DNA of 64,000 nucleotides from an uncultured Gammaproteobacteria bacterium. GTDB lineage: Bacteria > Pseudomonadota > Gammaproteobacteria > CAWCPV01. Both the position numbers and the translations under genes were made by a program. Location: assembly GCA_963797555.1 (NCBI GenBank), contig CAWCPV010000004.1, positions 782,184 through 846,183 on the forward strand, written 5' to 3'. Positions 1 through 12,678 of the stretch are shown one piece after another. Each line of letters opens with the position of its first letter. Within the stretch, counting starts at the first letter, position 1. The notes below the pieces were generated by a model. It made no database searches. It had not been told where the DNA came from and saw only the letters and a list, made by a program, of their open reading frames with translations.

Positions 1-491
1 GTGATGACCCCGATGCGGCGCGGCAACGCGGGCAGAGGCTTCTTATGCGCGGTGTCGAAGAGCCCTTCGAGCGCCAAGCGCTGTTTGAGCAGGTCGAAGG
101 CTCGGCGCAGGGCGCCGTCGCCGGCCTCCTCCAAGTGATGGGCAATGAGCTGGAAGTCGCCGCGAGCCTCGAACAGGCTCACCTCCGCCCTCAGCAGGAC
201 GTGCAGCCCGTCCCGCGGGACGAAGGCTACCTCGCGATTGCGCCCGCGGAACATGGCGCAACGCACCTGTGCGCCCTCGTCCTTGAGGGTGAAGTACCAG
301 TGACCCGAGGCGGGCCGGGAAAGGTTGGACACCTCTCCCTCCACCCACAGCAGCGGGAAACCTCCCTCCAGCAGCTCTCGCGCCTCCCGATTCAGCCGGG
401 AAACGGTGTAGACGTCCTGGGGGCTGTCCGCGGCCGAGCTGCCGCCGGGCGGCGCATCGGAAAGACCGCGGGTGCCCAGTAGCTCGGCCAC
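1..491 (-). CDS. xseA: Exodeoxyribonuclease VII large subunit, N-terminal part (runs off the window)
   Basis: Manual minus-strand translation gives VYTVSRLNREARELLEGGFPLLWVEGEVSNLSRPASGHWYFTLKDEGAQVRCAMFR...GLFDTAHKKPLPALPRRIGVIT; lies divergent from guaB as usual. GTG start at 491 is tentative. Confidence 0.93.
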   Translation of the reverse strand, partial: MAELLGTRGLSDAPPGGSSAADSPQDVYTVSRLNREARELLEGGFPLLWVEGEVSNLSRPASGHWYFTLKDEGAQVRCAMFRGRNREVAFVPRDGLHVLLRAEVSLFEARGDFQLIAHHLEEAGDGALRRAFDLLKQRLALEGLFDTAHKKPLPALPRRIGVI

Positions 492-525
492 GGTCGGTGG
501 TTCGCGTGCTCGGTGCTGCTCCGTC

Positions 526-861
526 TCAGAACGGCGGCTTGGCGTTGCGCTGTTGCAGGTACTGCTCGTATCCGGCCTCTGCCTGGAATCTGGCCTGGTC
601 GGCAAGTTTCACTGCGGCGGCGCTGTCGCCCTTGCTCACCGCGTCCTGCGCCTCCTTGAGCAGCTTCTCGGTATCGATCCAAAGGTATCCCACGCCGGCC
701 GTCTTCTTGACGGCAATTGCGGCGTTGTCGATAGCCTGCTGGACTACCTCTTTGGATTCGGCCGTGGCCGCGGAGACCGGGCCGGCGGCCCCGCCCGCCA
801 TGCCAGCACAGGCCGTGGTCACCAGGAAGGCAGCGAAGTACGCGGTTGTCCTGGAGTTCAT
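526..861 (-). CDS. Secreted small helical protein, SoxXA-binding (SoxK)-like
   Basis: Signal peptide followed by AVKKTAGVGYLWIDTEKLLKEAQDAVSKGDSAAAVKLADQARFQAEAGYEQY, resembling SoxXA-binding proteins of sulfur-oxidising Gammaproteobacteria. Confidence 0.6.
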   Translation of the reverse strand: MNSRTTAYFAAFLVTTACAGMAGGAAGPVSAATAESKEVVQQAIDNAAIAVKKTAGVGYLWIDTEKLLKEAQDAVSKGDSAAAVKLADQARFQAEAGYEQYLQQRNAKPPF

Positions 862-1109
862 CGGCGGTTCCTCCGGCATTTTCTCGTGGTGTGGAGCAGA
901 AGGCTGCCACAAAGGCCCGGATAGGGCAAGGGAGGCCGCTGGCGCCTCGCCTCTTCAGCCTCTCATCCACACTGAACCCCCACATCACTTCAACGCCTGC
1001 ACTCAATCGACGGATCTTGACCGGACCATAACACTGGATACCCGTCACGTTTACCCAGGCCACCGTGATCCTTATAATGCGCTGACTGATCCCGCTGCCC
1101 AGCGACACC

Positions 1110-2570
1110 ATGCGAATCGTTGAAGAGGCGCTTACGTTCGATGATGTGATGCTGCTGCCCGGTTACTCGCGGGTGGTGCCCAAAGAGGTGCGCCTCCAAA
1201 CCTCCTTGACCCGGGCCATCCGCCTCAACATTCCCCTGCTCTCGGCGGCCATGGATACCGTGACCGAGGCGCGTCTGGCCATTGCTCTGGCGCAAGAGGG
1301 CGGCATCGGGATTATCCACAAGAACATGGGCATTGAGCAGCAAGCGGGGCAGGTACGGAAGGTCAAGAAGTTCGAGAGCGGTGTCATCAAGGAGCCCATC
1401 ACGGTTACCCCCGAAACCAGCATCGGGCGGGTGCTCGAGCTGACCCGCGCGCACAATATCTCGGGCGTCCCGGTGGTCGAAGGGGAGCAGCTCACCGGGA
1501 TCGTCACGGCGCGCGACCTGCGCTTCGAGACTCGCCGCAACAACCCGGTGTCCTCCATCATGACGCCGCGCGAACGGCTGGTGACCGTGCGCGAGGGCGC
1601 GAGCCGGGAAGAGGTGATCCGCCTGTTGCACCAGCACCGCATCGAGAAGGTGCTGGTGGTGGACACCCAGTTCCGGCTGCGCGGGCTCATCACCGTCAAG
1701 GACATCCAGAAGGCCAAGGAGAATCCGCAGTCCTGTCGGGATGACCAGGCCCGTCTGCGCGTCGGCGCAGCGGTTGGCACCGGTCGGGGCAGTGAGGAGC
1801 GCGTGGCCGCGTTGGTGGCCGCTGGCGTGGACGTGATCGTGGTGGACACCGCGCACGGGCATTCGGAAGGCGTCCTGGAGCGGGTGCGTTGGATCAAACG
1901 CACCTATCCCGAGCTGCAGGTCATGGGTGGGAATGTGGCGACGGCCGAGGGAGCGCTGGCCCTGGTGGAGGCGGGCGCCGATGCGGTCAAGGTGGGGGTG
2001 GGGCCGGGGTCCATCTGCACGACGCGCATCGTCACAGGCGTCGGCGTGCCGCAGATCACCGCAGTGGCCAATGTATCGGCGGCTCTCGCCGGCACCGGGG
2101 TACCCGTGATCGCGGACGGGGGTATCCGATACTCCGGCGACCTGTCCAAGGCCGTCGCCGCGGGCGCGCACGTCGCCATGGTGGGCGGTCTGTTCGCGGG
2201 CACCGACGAGGCCCCCGGCGAGGTGGAGCTATATCAGGGACGCTCCTACAAGAGCTACCGGGGCATGGGCTCCCTGGGGGCGATGCAGCAGGGCTCCGCC
2301 GATCGCTACTTCCAGGAGGAGTTGAGCGAGCTGGACAAGCTCGTGCCGGAAGGCATCGAGGGGCGCGTTCCCTATCGGGGCAGCCTGCACCAAATCGTCG
2401 ACCAGCTCATGGGTGGGCTGCGGGCAAGCATGGGCTACACGGGGTGCGAGAACATCGACGAGATGCGCAGCCGCCCGAACTTCGTGCGTGTGACTTACTC
2501 CGGAATGCGGGAGAGCCACGTGCACAACGTCGCCATCGTCAAAGAAGCGCCCAACTACCGCGTGGAATAG
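1110..2570 (+). CDS. guaB: IMP dehydrogenase
   Basis: [18 protein letters not shown] pair, catalytic GPGSICTTR. Confidence 0.99.
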   Translation: MRIVEEALTFDDVMLLPGYSRVVPKEVRLQTSLTRAIRLNIPLLSAAMDTVTEARLAIALAQEGGIGIIHKNMGIEQQAGQVRKVKKFESGVIKEPITVTPETSIGRVLELTRAHNISGVPVVEGEQLTGIVTARDLRFETRRNNPVSSIMTPRERLVTVREGASREEVIRLLHQHRIEKVLVVDTQFRLRGLITVKDIQKAKENPQSCRDDQARLRVGAAVGTGRGSEERVAALVAAGVDVIVVDTAHGHSEGVLERVRWIKRTYPELQVMGGNVATAEGALALVEAGADAVKVGVGPGSICTTRIVTGVGVPQITAVANVSAALAGTGVPVIADGGIRYSGDLSKAVAAGAHVAMVGGLFAGTDEAPGEVELYQGRSYKSYRGMGSLGAMQQGSADRYFQEELSELDKLVPEGIEGRVPYRGSLHQIVDQLMGGLRASMGYTGCENIDEMRSRPNFVRVTYSGMRESHVHNVAIVKEAPNYRVE

Positions 2571-2609
2571 CCGCCGCAGCGACGCGCGGGCGGCTGCCGC
2601 GAGGGCCAT

Positions 2610-4915
<2,306 letters not shown>

Positions 4916-5216
4916 CGCACTCACCTCCGCGTCCCCGAGGTTAGGGTAAACCCCAATACTAGCATTAGAATGCCAGATGCAGTTTTTGTCAACCCAAGGC
5001 TGGAGTGGTGCTCGACGCCTGCGAAGAAATCCTCGCGATCGCCCGAGAGTAGGGTGCACAGAGCGCAGCGACGGGATCTATCGAGTCGATAGGCGAGGGC
5101 CGACCGGATGGCAGGAGAGCCATTCGGCACGTCCACTGGACGCCTCGAAGGGGTGGTGAACAGGGAGGTACGCCATGAACACCGGGCAGCGCCGCGGTCG
5201 GGACGCCCGTAAGCAC

Positions 5217-6041
5217 TCAGCGCTTGAGGATGATCTCCAGGACCCACTTGCTGCCGAAGTAGGCCAGCATGAGGGACAGGAATCCCCCAAGGGTCCAGCG
5301 AATAGCGGTGCGCCCCCGCCAGCCGAACCGCCAACGGCCCCACAGCAGCAAGGCGAAGACCATCCACGCGAGCGTGGAGAGCACCGTCTTGTGCACCAAG
5401 TGTTGTGCAAAGATGTCCTCGACGAACAGCAGGCCGCTCCCGAGCGCCAGGCTGAGCAGCACAAAGCCCACGGTGATCATCCGGAACAGCAGGTTCTCCA
5501 TGGTCTGCAATGGGGGTAGGGCACGGACGAAGCCGCCCGGATGCTTCTCCCGCAGGTGCTTCTCCTGGACTGCCAGCAACACCGCCTGGACCGCTGCGAT
5601 ACTCAGGACGCTATAGGCGAGTAGCGACGACAGGATATGCAGGTCGATTCCCAACCCTGTCTCCTCCAGGCGTTCCCCGTGCGGAGGCACGAGGACCTGT
5701 AACAGCAGCGTGATGGCAGCCAAGGGCAAAATGGCTAGGGCCAAGTTCTGTACGGGCTGTGCCAGGGCCGTGAGCATCCACAACAGGGCGATGAGCCAGG
5801 ATACCAGCGAAAGGGCGTTGACGAACTGGAGGTCTAGTCCATGCTGGGTCGCGACGTGCCGGTAAAGGACCAGCGCATGAACCGTAAGGGCGGGCAGGAC
5901 GAGCAGCGCCAGCCCGGCGGCCGCGGGGGGCGTACCGTCGTGACCGCGCCGCAGCGCGGACACGACGGGAACGGTGGCGAATAGATAGAGAGTGGTGCCG
6001 AGGCAGCCGAGGAGGATGAACATCGCGGACAATGATGGCAT
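5217..6041 (-). CDS. ypjD: Cytochrome c assembly family inner membrane protein (YpjD/CcsA-like)
   Basis: HILSSLLAYS, LPPLQTME, HKTVLS, GWRG, LAYFGSKWVLE; divergent from ffh as in most Gammaproteobacteria. Confidence 0.9.
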   Translation of the reverse strand: MPSLSAMFILLGCLGTTLYLFATVPVVSALRRGHDGTPPAAAGLALLVLPALTVHALVLYRHVATQHGLDLQFVNALSLVSWLIALLWMLTALAQPVQNLALAILPLAAITLLLQVLVPPHGERLEETGLGIDLHILSSLLAYSVLSIAAVQAVLLAVQEKHLREKHPGGFVRALPPLQTMENLLFRMITVGFVLLSLALGSGLLFVEDIFAQHLVHKTVLSTLAWMVFALLLWGRWRFGWRGRTAIRWTLGGFLSLMLAYFGSKWVLEIILKR

Positions 6042-6147
6042 AGGTCCTTACCGCATTGAAGGGGTGATCAAGCTGCGGATGCGTGGACGCGGGCGCCGCA
6101 CGTATAATGCGAATTCCCACAGCTCGGCAGATCCTTAGGATGAAAGC

Positions 6148-7510
6148 ATGTTCGATAACCTGACGGAACGCTTGGGCCGGAGTCTGCGCCAGTTGCGAGG
6201 GCGCGGGCGGCTGACCGAGGACAACATCAAGGACGCTCTGCGCGAGGTGCGCGTGGCTCTGCTCGAGGCCGACGTTGCGCTGCCCGTGGTACGCGAGTTC
6301 ATCGAGCGCGTGAAAGCGCGGGCCGTGGGCCAAGAGGTCATGGGCAGCCTGACTCCCGGCCAGGCGCTCATCAAGGTGGTGCGGGACGAGCTGGTGGCGC
6401 TCATGGGCCAGGCGAATGAGCAGTTGGACCTCAAGGTGCGGCCCCCGGCGGTTATCCTGATGGCGGGACTGCAGGGCTCCGGCAAGACCACCAGCGTGGC
6501 CAAGCTCGCGCGCTGGCTGATGGAACGCCAGAAGAAGTCGGTACTGGTGACGAGCGTGGATGTCTACCGTCCAGCGGCCATCGAGCAACTGGAGACCTTG
6601 GCTCGGGAAGTCGGGGCCAGTTTCTTTCCGTCTCGCGCCGGACAGGATCCGGTGAAAATCGCTGAGACCGCGGTGGCGGAGGCCAGGCGACGTTTTGCGG
6701 AACGTCGTGATCATCGACAGTGCAGGGCGCCTGCACGTCGATGCGGCGATGATGGACGAGATCAAGCGCCTGCACGCGGCCGTGGAGCCGGTCGAGACTC
6801 TGTTCGTGGTCGACAGCATGACCGGCCAGGACGCCGCCAATGCCGCGCGCGCCTTCAACGATGCGCTGCCGCTGAGCGGCGTGATCCTGACCAAGGCGGA
6901 CGGCGACGCCCGGGGCGGCGCCGCGCTCTCAGTCCGGCACATCACCGGCAAGCCCATCAAGTTCATGGGGGTGGGCGAAAAGATCGATGCTTTGGAGCCG
7001 TTCCACCCCGAGCGCGTGGCGTCCCGTATTCTGGGGATGGGGGACGTGCTGAGCCTCATCGAGAAGGCGGAGCACACGGTCGACCGGGAGCGCGCACAGG
7101 AGATCGCCGGCAAGCTAAAGAAGGGCAAGGGCTTCGATCTGCAGGACTTCCGTGACCAGTTGAGCGAGATGCGCAAGCTCGGTGGCGTCGGGGCCTTGTT
7201 GGATACGCTCCCGGGAGGGGCTGCCTTGCCCCAAGCGATCAGGAGTCAGTTGGACGACCGCGAGGTGCGGCGCATGGAGGCCATCATCAACTCCATGACT
7301 CCGGCAGAGCGGCGCAACCCGGACATCATCAAGAGTTCGCGCAAGCGCCGCATCGCTGCCGGCTCGGGTACGCAGATCCAGGAGGTGAACCGACTGCTGA
7401 AGCAGTTCGCGCACATGCAGAAAATGATGAAGCGCTTCTCCAAGAAGGGCGGGCTCGCAAGCATCATGGGTGGCCTGAGGGGCCGGATGCCACCGAACAT
7501 GCGGTTCTGA
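6148..7510 (+). CDS. ffh: Signal recognition particle protein; +1 frameshift at ~6701, probably a sequencing error
   Basis: MFDNLTERL, GLQGSGKTT, DSAGRLH, TKADGDARGGAALS, Met-rich M domain; GCG GAA CGT should read GCG GAC GTC. Confidence 0.97.
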
Positions 7511-8313
7511 TGCGGCGATTGGGGACGATACCTGGGTCAGGGCTCCATCTTAGTGACCGCCGCCCATGCGCAGCACAGCCGGTGGCGGGATGCAGCGGGG
7601 CAATGAGCGCGACGTGGGCACCAACTCCGGTGTCCATGAACTGCAGGGGATACTCTTTGCCCTGGTCTTGCTCGATCTTTGCGGACTCCGGGGGATACGC
7701 CTCCGGGGCGGCCTTGCCCGCAAGGCAAACTTCGTCTTCGTGTAGCGGTAGCCGAGGCGGCGCTGCACTGCGCTCCTGCGGCGCTCCTAGACTGCTCCAC
7801 GACCCAGTGCCCCACTTCCTTCGCATCCAGCCGGTCCAACGACGATCGGCCTCACGCTGGTCGAGCGCGCCGCGGTACGCCGCACTCAGCGCTGCCGTTC
7901 TTCAGGTCGCGGAGCGTGGTCGAGCATGTCGTATATCATGCACATTGCTTCAGTTGCTTACATGAGAGAGTTCAACTAACTTCTGAGATGCGACCGGTAT
8001 AAATCTCAGGCTATCGGCCTGGGTGCGATCTCGGTAGGACGCGCGAGCGAGGAGGGGAACGGACGGGGGTGGAAGCCCCGACGCGGTCTGGACCAGCGGC
8101 GGGCGCCCGGTTTGCCGCTTCACCTGCGACGGCCGTGCTCACTGTGCCTGCGGCCGTCGGAGGACGGGGGCCCGACAGGGGGGCGTGGTGCGGTCTTCTG
8201 GTATCGGCATGTCATCCGAAGCAGGAGAGCCACCACCTGAGCTGCCAGTCGGCGAAGCGGTTCCCCGCAGGCCTCACGTGTCCTTACCCCGAACCTAACG
8301 CTGGAGCCCCTCC

Positions 8314-10290
8314 ATGGCGGAGAATCTGTGGGACGATCAGGACGCTGCCGGGTACCTGGGCGATCTGGCCTTGCGGGTCTATACCTCACGGCTGCTGGGC
8401 CGCGATCCTGCACTGGTCCTGCATGGTGGCGGCAACACTTCCGTGAAGATCCGGGAGCGCAACGTCCTCGGCGAGGAGCAGGACGTGCTTTACGTGAAGG
8501 GCTCGGGCTGGGACCTGGCGACCATCGAGGCTGCGGGGTTTACCCCCATTCGCATGGACCACTTGCTCCGGCTGGCGCGCCTGGAGGCGCTGTCGGACCT
8601 GCAGATGGTGAACGAGCTGAAGACCCAGCAGACCGACGCCGCGGCGCCCACCGGCTCGGTGGAGGCCATTTTGCACGCCGTCCTGCCCTACCGGTACGTC
8701 GACCACACCCACGCCGACGCCCTGATTACCCTGACCAACACCCCTCAAGGCGAGGCGCGGGTGCGCGAGGCCTGCGGGGACTCGGTTGTGGTGGTCCCCT
8801 ACGTGATGCCCGGGTTCGACCTGGCCCGCGTGGTGGCCCAGCGCTTCCCCGCCCAGGCCGACGAGCGGACCATCGGCATGGTGCTGATGAGCCACGGTCT
8901 GTTCTCCTTCGGCGCCACGGCCCGCGAGTCCTACGAGCGCATGATTGTGCTGGTCAACCGCGTCGAGGATTACCTGAAGGCCCAGGGGGCCTGGGACCTG
9001 CCGGAGGCCTCGGCGGGCGAGCCGACGGCGGGGCGCCGCGTGGAACGGGCAGAACTGCGTCTGCAGGTCTCGGAGGCGGCGGGCTCGCCGATGGTGCTGC
9101 GCTGCGAGGACACGGCCGAAATCCTGGCGTTCTGCCGCCGCGACGACTTGACGCGCATCACCCAGCAAGGTCCGGCGACCCCCGACCATGTCATCCGCAC
9201 CAAGCGTACCCCGTTGCTGGGGCGCGACGTGGCGGGCTATGCGGAAGACTACCGGGCCTACTTCGCCGAGCACGCGCCCCGGGCCCGGACGCCGGTTACT
9301 CCGCTCGATCCGGCCCCGCGCGTGATCCTGGACCCGGCGCTGGGCATGCTCACCGCCGGCCGTAGCGCACGGGAGGCGATCATCGTCGCCGACGTGTACC
9401 GCCACACCCTGCAGATCATCCAGCGCTCCGAGCGCTTGGGCGGCTGGCAGGCGCTGCCCGCCCGGGACATCTTCGATGTGGAGTACTGGGAGCTGGAGCA
9501 GGCCAAGCTGCGCAAAAGCGCGAAGGCACCCGTGTTCCAAGGCGAGATCGCTCTGGTCACCGGGGCCGCCTCCGGGATCGGACGGGCCTGCGTGGAGTCC
9601 CTGCTCCAGCGCGGCGCGGCGGTGGTGGGGCTGGACGTGACCCCCGCGATGCAGGACATGGGTGATCGGCCCGATCTCCTGAACATCGTCTGCGACGTGA
9701 CCGACACCGGTCAGGTGCAGACCGCCCTGGACCGGACGGTCCACGCCTTCGGCGGACTGGACATGCTGATCCTCAATGCGGGCCTGTTCCCCGGCGGGAC
9801 TCGTATTGCGGAGCTGGACGAGGTCACCTGGCGGCGGGTGATGGCGGTCAATCTGGACGCCAACCTGAATCTGCTGCGCGACTGCTACCCCCTGCTGAAG
9901 CTGGCGCCTGGGCGCGGCCGGGTGGTGGTCATCGGGTCCAAGAACGTCCCGGCGCCCGGGCCGGGCGCCGCGGCCTACTCAGCGTCCAAGGCAGCCCTGA
10001 CCCAGCTCATGCGGGTGGCCGCCCTGGAGTGGGGGCTGGAGGGGATCCGGGTCAACGCGCTGCACCCCGACGCGGTCTTCGACACCGGGCTGTGGACCGA
10101 GGAAATTCTGGCGGCGCGCGCCTCCCAGTACGAAATGACGGTGGAGCAGTACAAGACCAAGAACCTTCTCAGGACCGAAGTGTGCAGTCGCGACGTGGCG
10201 GAACTGGCCGCGGAGATGTGCGGCGCGCTCTTCGCCAAGACCACCGGCGCCCAGGTGCCGGTCGACGGGGGCAACGACCGAGTAGTCTAA
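8314..10290 (+). CDS. Bifunctional class II aldolase / short-chain dehydrogenase (RhaD-like fusion)
   Basis: HGGGNTSVK, KGSGWDL, HTHAD, TPDHVIRTK; SDR motifs VTGAASGIG and YSASK. Confidence 0.92.
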   Translation: MAENLWDDQDAAGYLGDLALRVYTSRLLGRDPALVLHGGGNTSVKIRERNVLGEEQDVLYVKGSGWDLATIEAAGFTPIRMDHLLRLARLEALSDLQMVNELKTQQTDAAAPTGSVEAILHAVLPYRYVDHTHADALITLTNTPQGEARVREACGDSVVVVPYVMPGFDLARVVAQRFPAQADERTIGMVLMSHGLFSFGATARESYERMIVLVNRVEDYLKAQGAWDLPEASAGEPTAGRRVERAELRLQVSEAAGSPMVLRCEDTAEILAFCRRDDLTRITQQGPATPDHVIRTKRTPLLGRDVAGYAEDYRAYFAEHAPRARTPVTPLDPAPRVILDPALGMLTAGRSAREAIIVADVYRHTLQIIQRSERLGGWQALPARDIFDVEYWELEQAKLRKSAKAPVFQGEIALVTGAASGIGRACVESLLQRGAAVVGLDVTPAMQDMGDRPDLLNIVCDVTDTGQVQTALDRTVHAFGGLDMLILNAGLFPGGTRIAELDEVTWRRVMAVNLDANLNLLRDCYPLLKLAPGRGRVVVIGSKNVPAPGPGAAAYSASKAALTQLMRVAALEWGLEGIRVNALHPDAVFDTGLWTEEILAARASQYEMTVEQYKTKNLLRTEVCSRDVAELAAEMCGALFAKTTGAQVPVDGGNDRVV

Positions 10291-10589
10291 CGGCTCGTCC
10301 CAAACAACTGAATCCAGTGTCCGTGGGCAGGATGGTGTAGTTTCCACTCGCGCTGGATATTTGAGAGCGGATGACGCGCTGAAACAGGCACAGGACGGCC
10401 TGCTTGGGGCCCTGGGCAAGCCGCCGGCGTGGGAGTTCCCCGTCACCCTCGGTCGGACCTGCGCCGCGGCCTGTGTTAAGGTGCAGTTCGGGGCGGGGCG
10501 CGCGGGCGCCGAAAGCGGCGGCGCGTCAAGGTAGCGGGTTTCAGCCGACGGGGGCGGGCTACCGCTTGAGCCGGGGTGGGGAGGTCGTC

Positions 10590-11618
10590 ATGACACAGCG
10601 GGTGACCTGGCTGGTTCTCGGGTGGGCCCTATGGCTCGCATGCGCCTCGGCCGGGCAGGCCGTGGTGCGTTCGGTGCTGTTCTATTCCCCTACCTGTCCC
10701 CACTGCCATGAGGTGATGACCAACGCCCTCCCTCCGATCCTCGATCGTTTCGGCAAACAGCTTCGCATCGTCGGTGTGGACGTGACCCGCCCCGCCGGCA
10801 AGGCCCTCTATCGGTCGGCGGTCAAGCGCTACGCGATCCCCGATGATCGTCGCGGTGTGCCGACCTTGATCATCGGGAACACGGTCCTGGTCGGCTCGGA
10901 GGAGATTCCCCGCGAGCTGCCCGACCTGGTGGTCCGCGCCTTGGCTGCTGGCGGCACCGCCTGGCCGGACATCCCGGGGCTGGCCGTGGCGCTTCCCGGG
11001 GAGGTCGGTGCCCAGAAGCTCGCTGCCGACCAGCAGAGCGGTTGGCCGGAGCGGTTTGCGCGAGACCCGCTCGCCAACGGCCTGGCGGTAGCGGCGCTGG
11101 GGCTGATGGTCACGATAGCGGTCCCGGCCAGCCGGCGCATGCCCAAGGCATGGCGAGGCCGCAGCCGGCTCGGCTGGCCGGTGCCGATGCTGGCGCTGAC
11201 CGGACTCGCCATCGCTGGTTACCTGGCCTATGTGGAGACCAGCGGAGCGGCGGCCGTGTGTGGCGCGGTGGGAGACTGCAACGCCGTGCAGCAGAGCGCA
11301 TATGCGCGCCCGTTCGGCATCCCCATCGCGGTGTTGGGCGTGTGCACCTACCTGACGGTTCTGCTCGCCTGGGGGCTCACCCGCTGGCGGCGCGTGCGGC
11401 TGGATGTTTGGGCGCATCGGATACTGCTCGTAGCGGCTGCCGCGGGGGCAGCCTTCTCGGCCTATCTGACCTTCCTCGAGCCCTTCGTCATCGGTGCCAC
11501 CTGTCTCTGGTGCCTGTGCTCTGCCCTGATCATGACCGCTCTGCTGTGGATCAGCACCCGCCCGGACCCGGTCACGATCGGCGGTCCGCGCAGCGGCGGC
11601 CCAAGCGGCGCGCGCTGA
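10590..11618 (+). CDS. Thioredoxin-like domain fused to vitamin K epoxide reductase (VKOR) domain
   Basis: Signal/TM segment, FYSPTCPHC, GVPT; VKOR cysteines CGAVGDC and CLWC. Confidence 0.88.
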   Translation: MTQRVTWLVLGWALWLACASAGQAVVRSVLFYSPTCPHCHEVMTNALPPILDRFGKQLRIVGVDVTRPAGKALYRSAVKRYAIPDDRRGVPTLIIGNTVLVGSEEIPRELPDLVVRALAAGGTAWPDIPGLAVALPGEVGAQKLAADQQSGWPERFARDPLANGLAVAALGLMVTIAVPASRRMPKAWRGRSRLGWPVPMLALTGLAIAGYLAYVETSGAAAVCGAVGDCNAVQQSAYARPFGIPIAVLGVCTYLTVLLAWGLTRWRRVRLDVWAHRILLVAAAAGAAFSAYLTFLEPFVIGATCLWCLCSALIMTALLWISTRPDPVTIGGPRSGGPSGAR

Positions 11619-11619
11619 T

Positions 11620-11915
11620 CGCGGCCACGGCGCGGAGGCTGGGCGCATTGGTCAACGCCGTGATGTATTTCCAGCCCTCGGCCGAGAGCGCCTCCTTGCC
11701 CCTGGCCTTGATCATGCCGCGGTCGCCGACCAAGACCACCTCTTCGACGGCGGATTGCTCCTTGAGGACCCGGATTTGCTCGGCGAGCGTGCTGGGGTCG
11801 GCCGTATTGCCCTCAAATACCGGTACCGCCAAGGGCTCCCCATCATCGGCGCTGAGCAATCCGATGACCATCTGCAGCTTGCCGCGTTTGCCATCGCCGT
11901 GTCGTCCCGCATGAA
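11620..11915 (-). mobile_element. IS1634-family transposase internal remnant
   Basis: DGKRGKLQMVIGLLSADDGEPLAVPVFEGNTADPSTL...VVLVGDRGMI...YITAL; both ends missing. Confidence 0.85.
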
Positions 11916-12678
11916 CTTGTGCATTACTTGCCGGCCCCGCAGAAAGCATGAGCGGAAATGCTGTGCAACGATAGGCTCTAATCGAATCCATACGACACTG
12001 AGCCCGACTCAGATGGAGTCGGGCACGGTTTCGGTAGAGGTTCGCCGGAGCGGCGAGCAAGGGTGCGATTTCCTTCATCACCTATGGTCGCTGCCGCACG
12101 GGAACAGTCTTGGATCTAGAGTCGTCACTGGGAATTCGGGCCCATATGCCCCTCACCGTTTTTTCCAGTTCGAGGTGGCTGTCCTACGGCGCTCCTTTAC
12201 ACTCACGGAAGCGTACCCTTGACGGGTAGGGCCTATTGGGTGAAGATTCGCGTCGGATAACGCAGGCGAAATCCCTACGTGCGGTGCAGCATCAGGCCGA
12301 CAGTGGTTAGGCTGGTGGGGCATAGATGATCCCGCGAGACCGGCTCTTCCCAACTCGCGGATGTCGTGATGCGTTGGCCGAACTTGAGGCGGGCCGCGAC
12401 TCCCCGGCGCGCTGCGGCTCATGGACCGTCTTGGACGGTGGCTCCGACCGAGGCCGCGCCGAGGGGATGGTACGCTGGCTGGAGACTCGACAATGGAAGG
12501 CCGGAGTAGTTGCTGCGCAAAGTCGCGTAAGACGCCTGCGTTTCGAGGCGGTGGCCCGGCCAGGGCGGAGGCACTGACGGTCTGCTCACCGAGCGCCGCT
12601 GCCCCGCCGGTTAGCCCACACTTGGCGCACTCCCACTACGCGGTGTTGGACCGCTCGCCTCCAAAACCAGGAGATCCG

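Noticed and set aside
6690-6705. Programmed frameshift in ffh
   Set aside because: No slippery sequence; a single extra base in an assembly with many indels
7510-8310. Short ORFs or an ncRNA downstream of ffh
   Set aside because: No recognisable protein motif or RNA family
11920-12670. ORFs or attC-like sites upstream of the RND genes
   Set aside because: GTTRRRY-like heptamers lack a matching inverse core and there is no integron integrase
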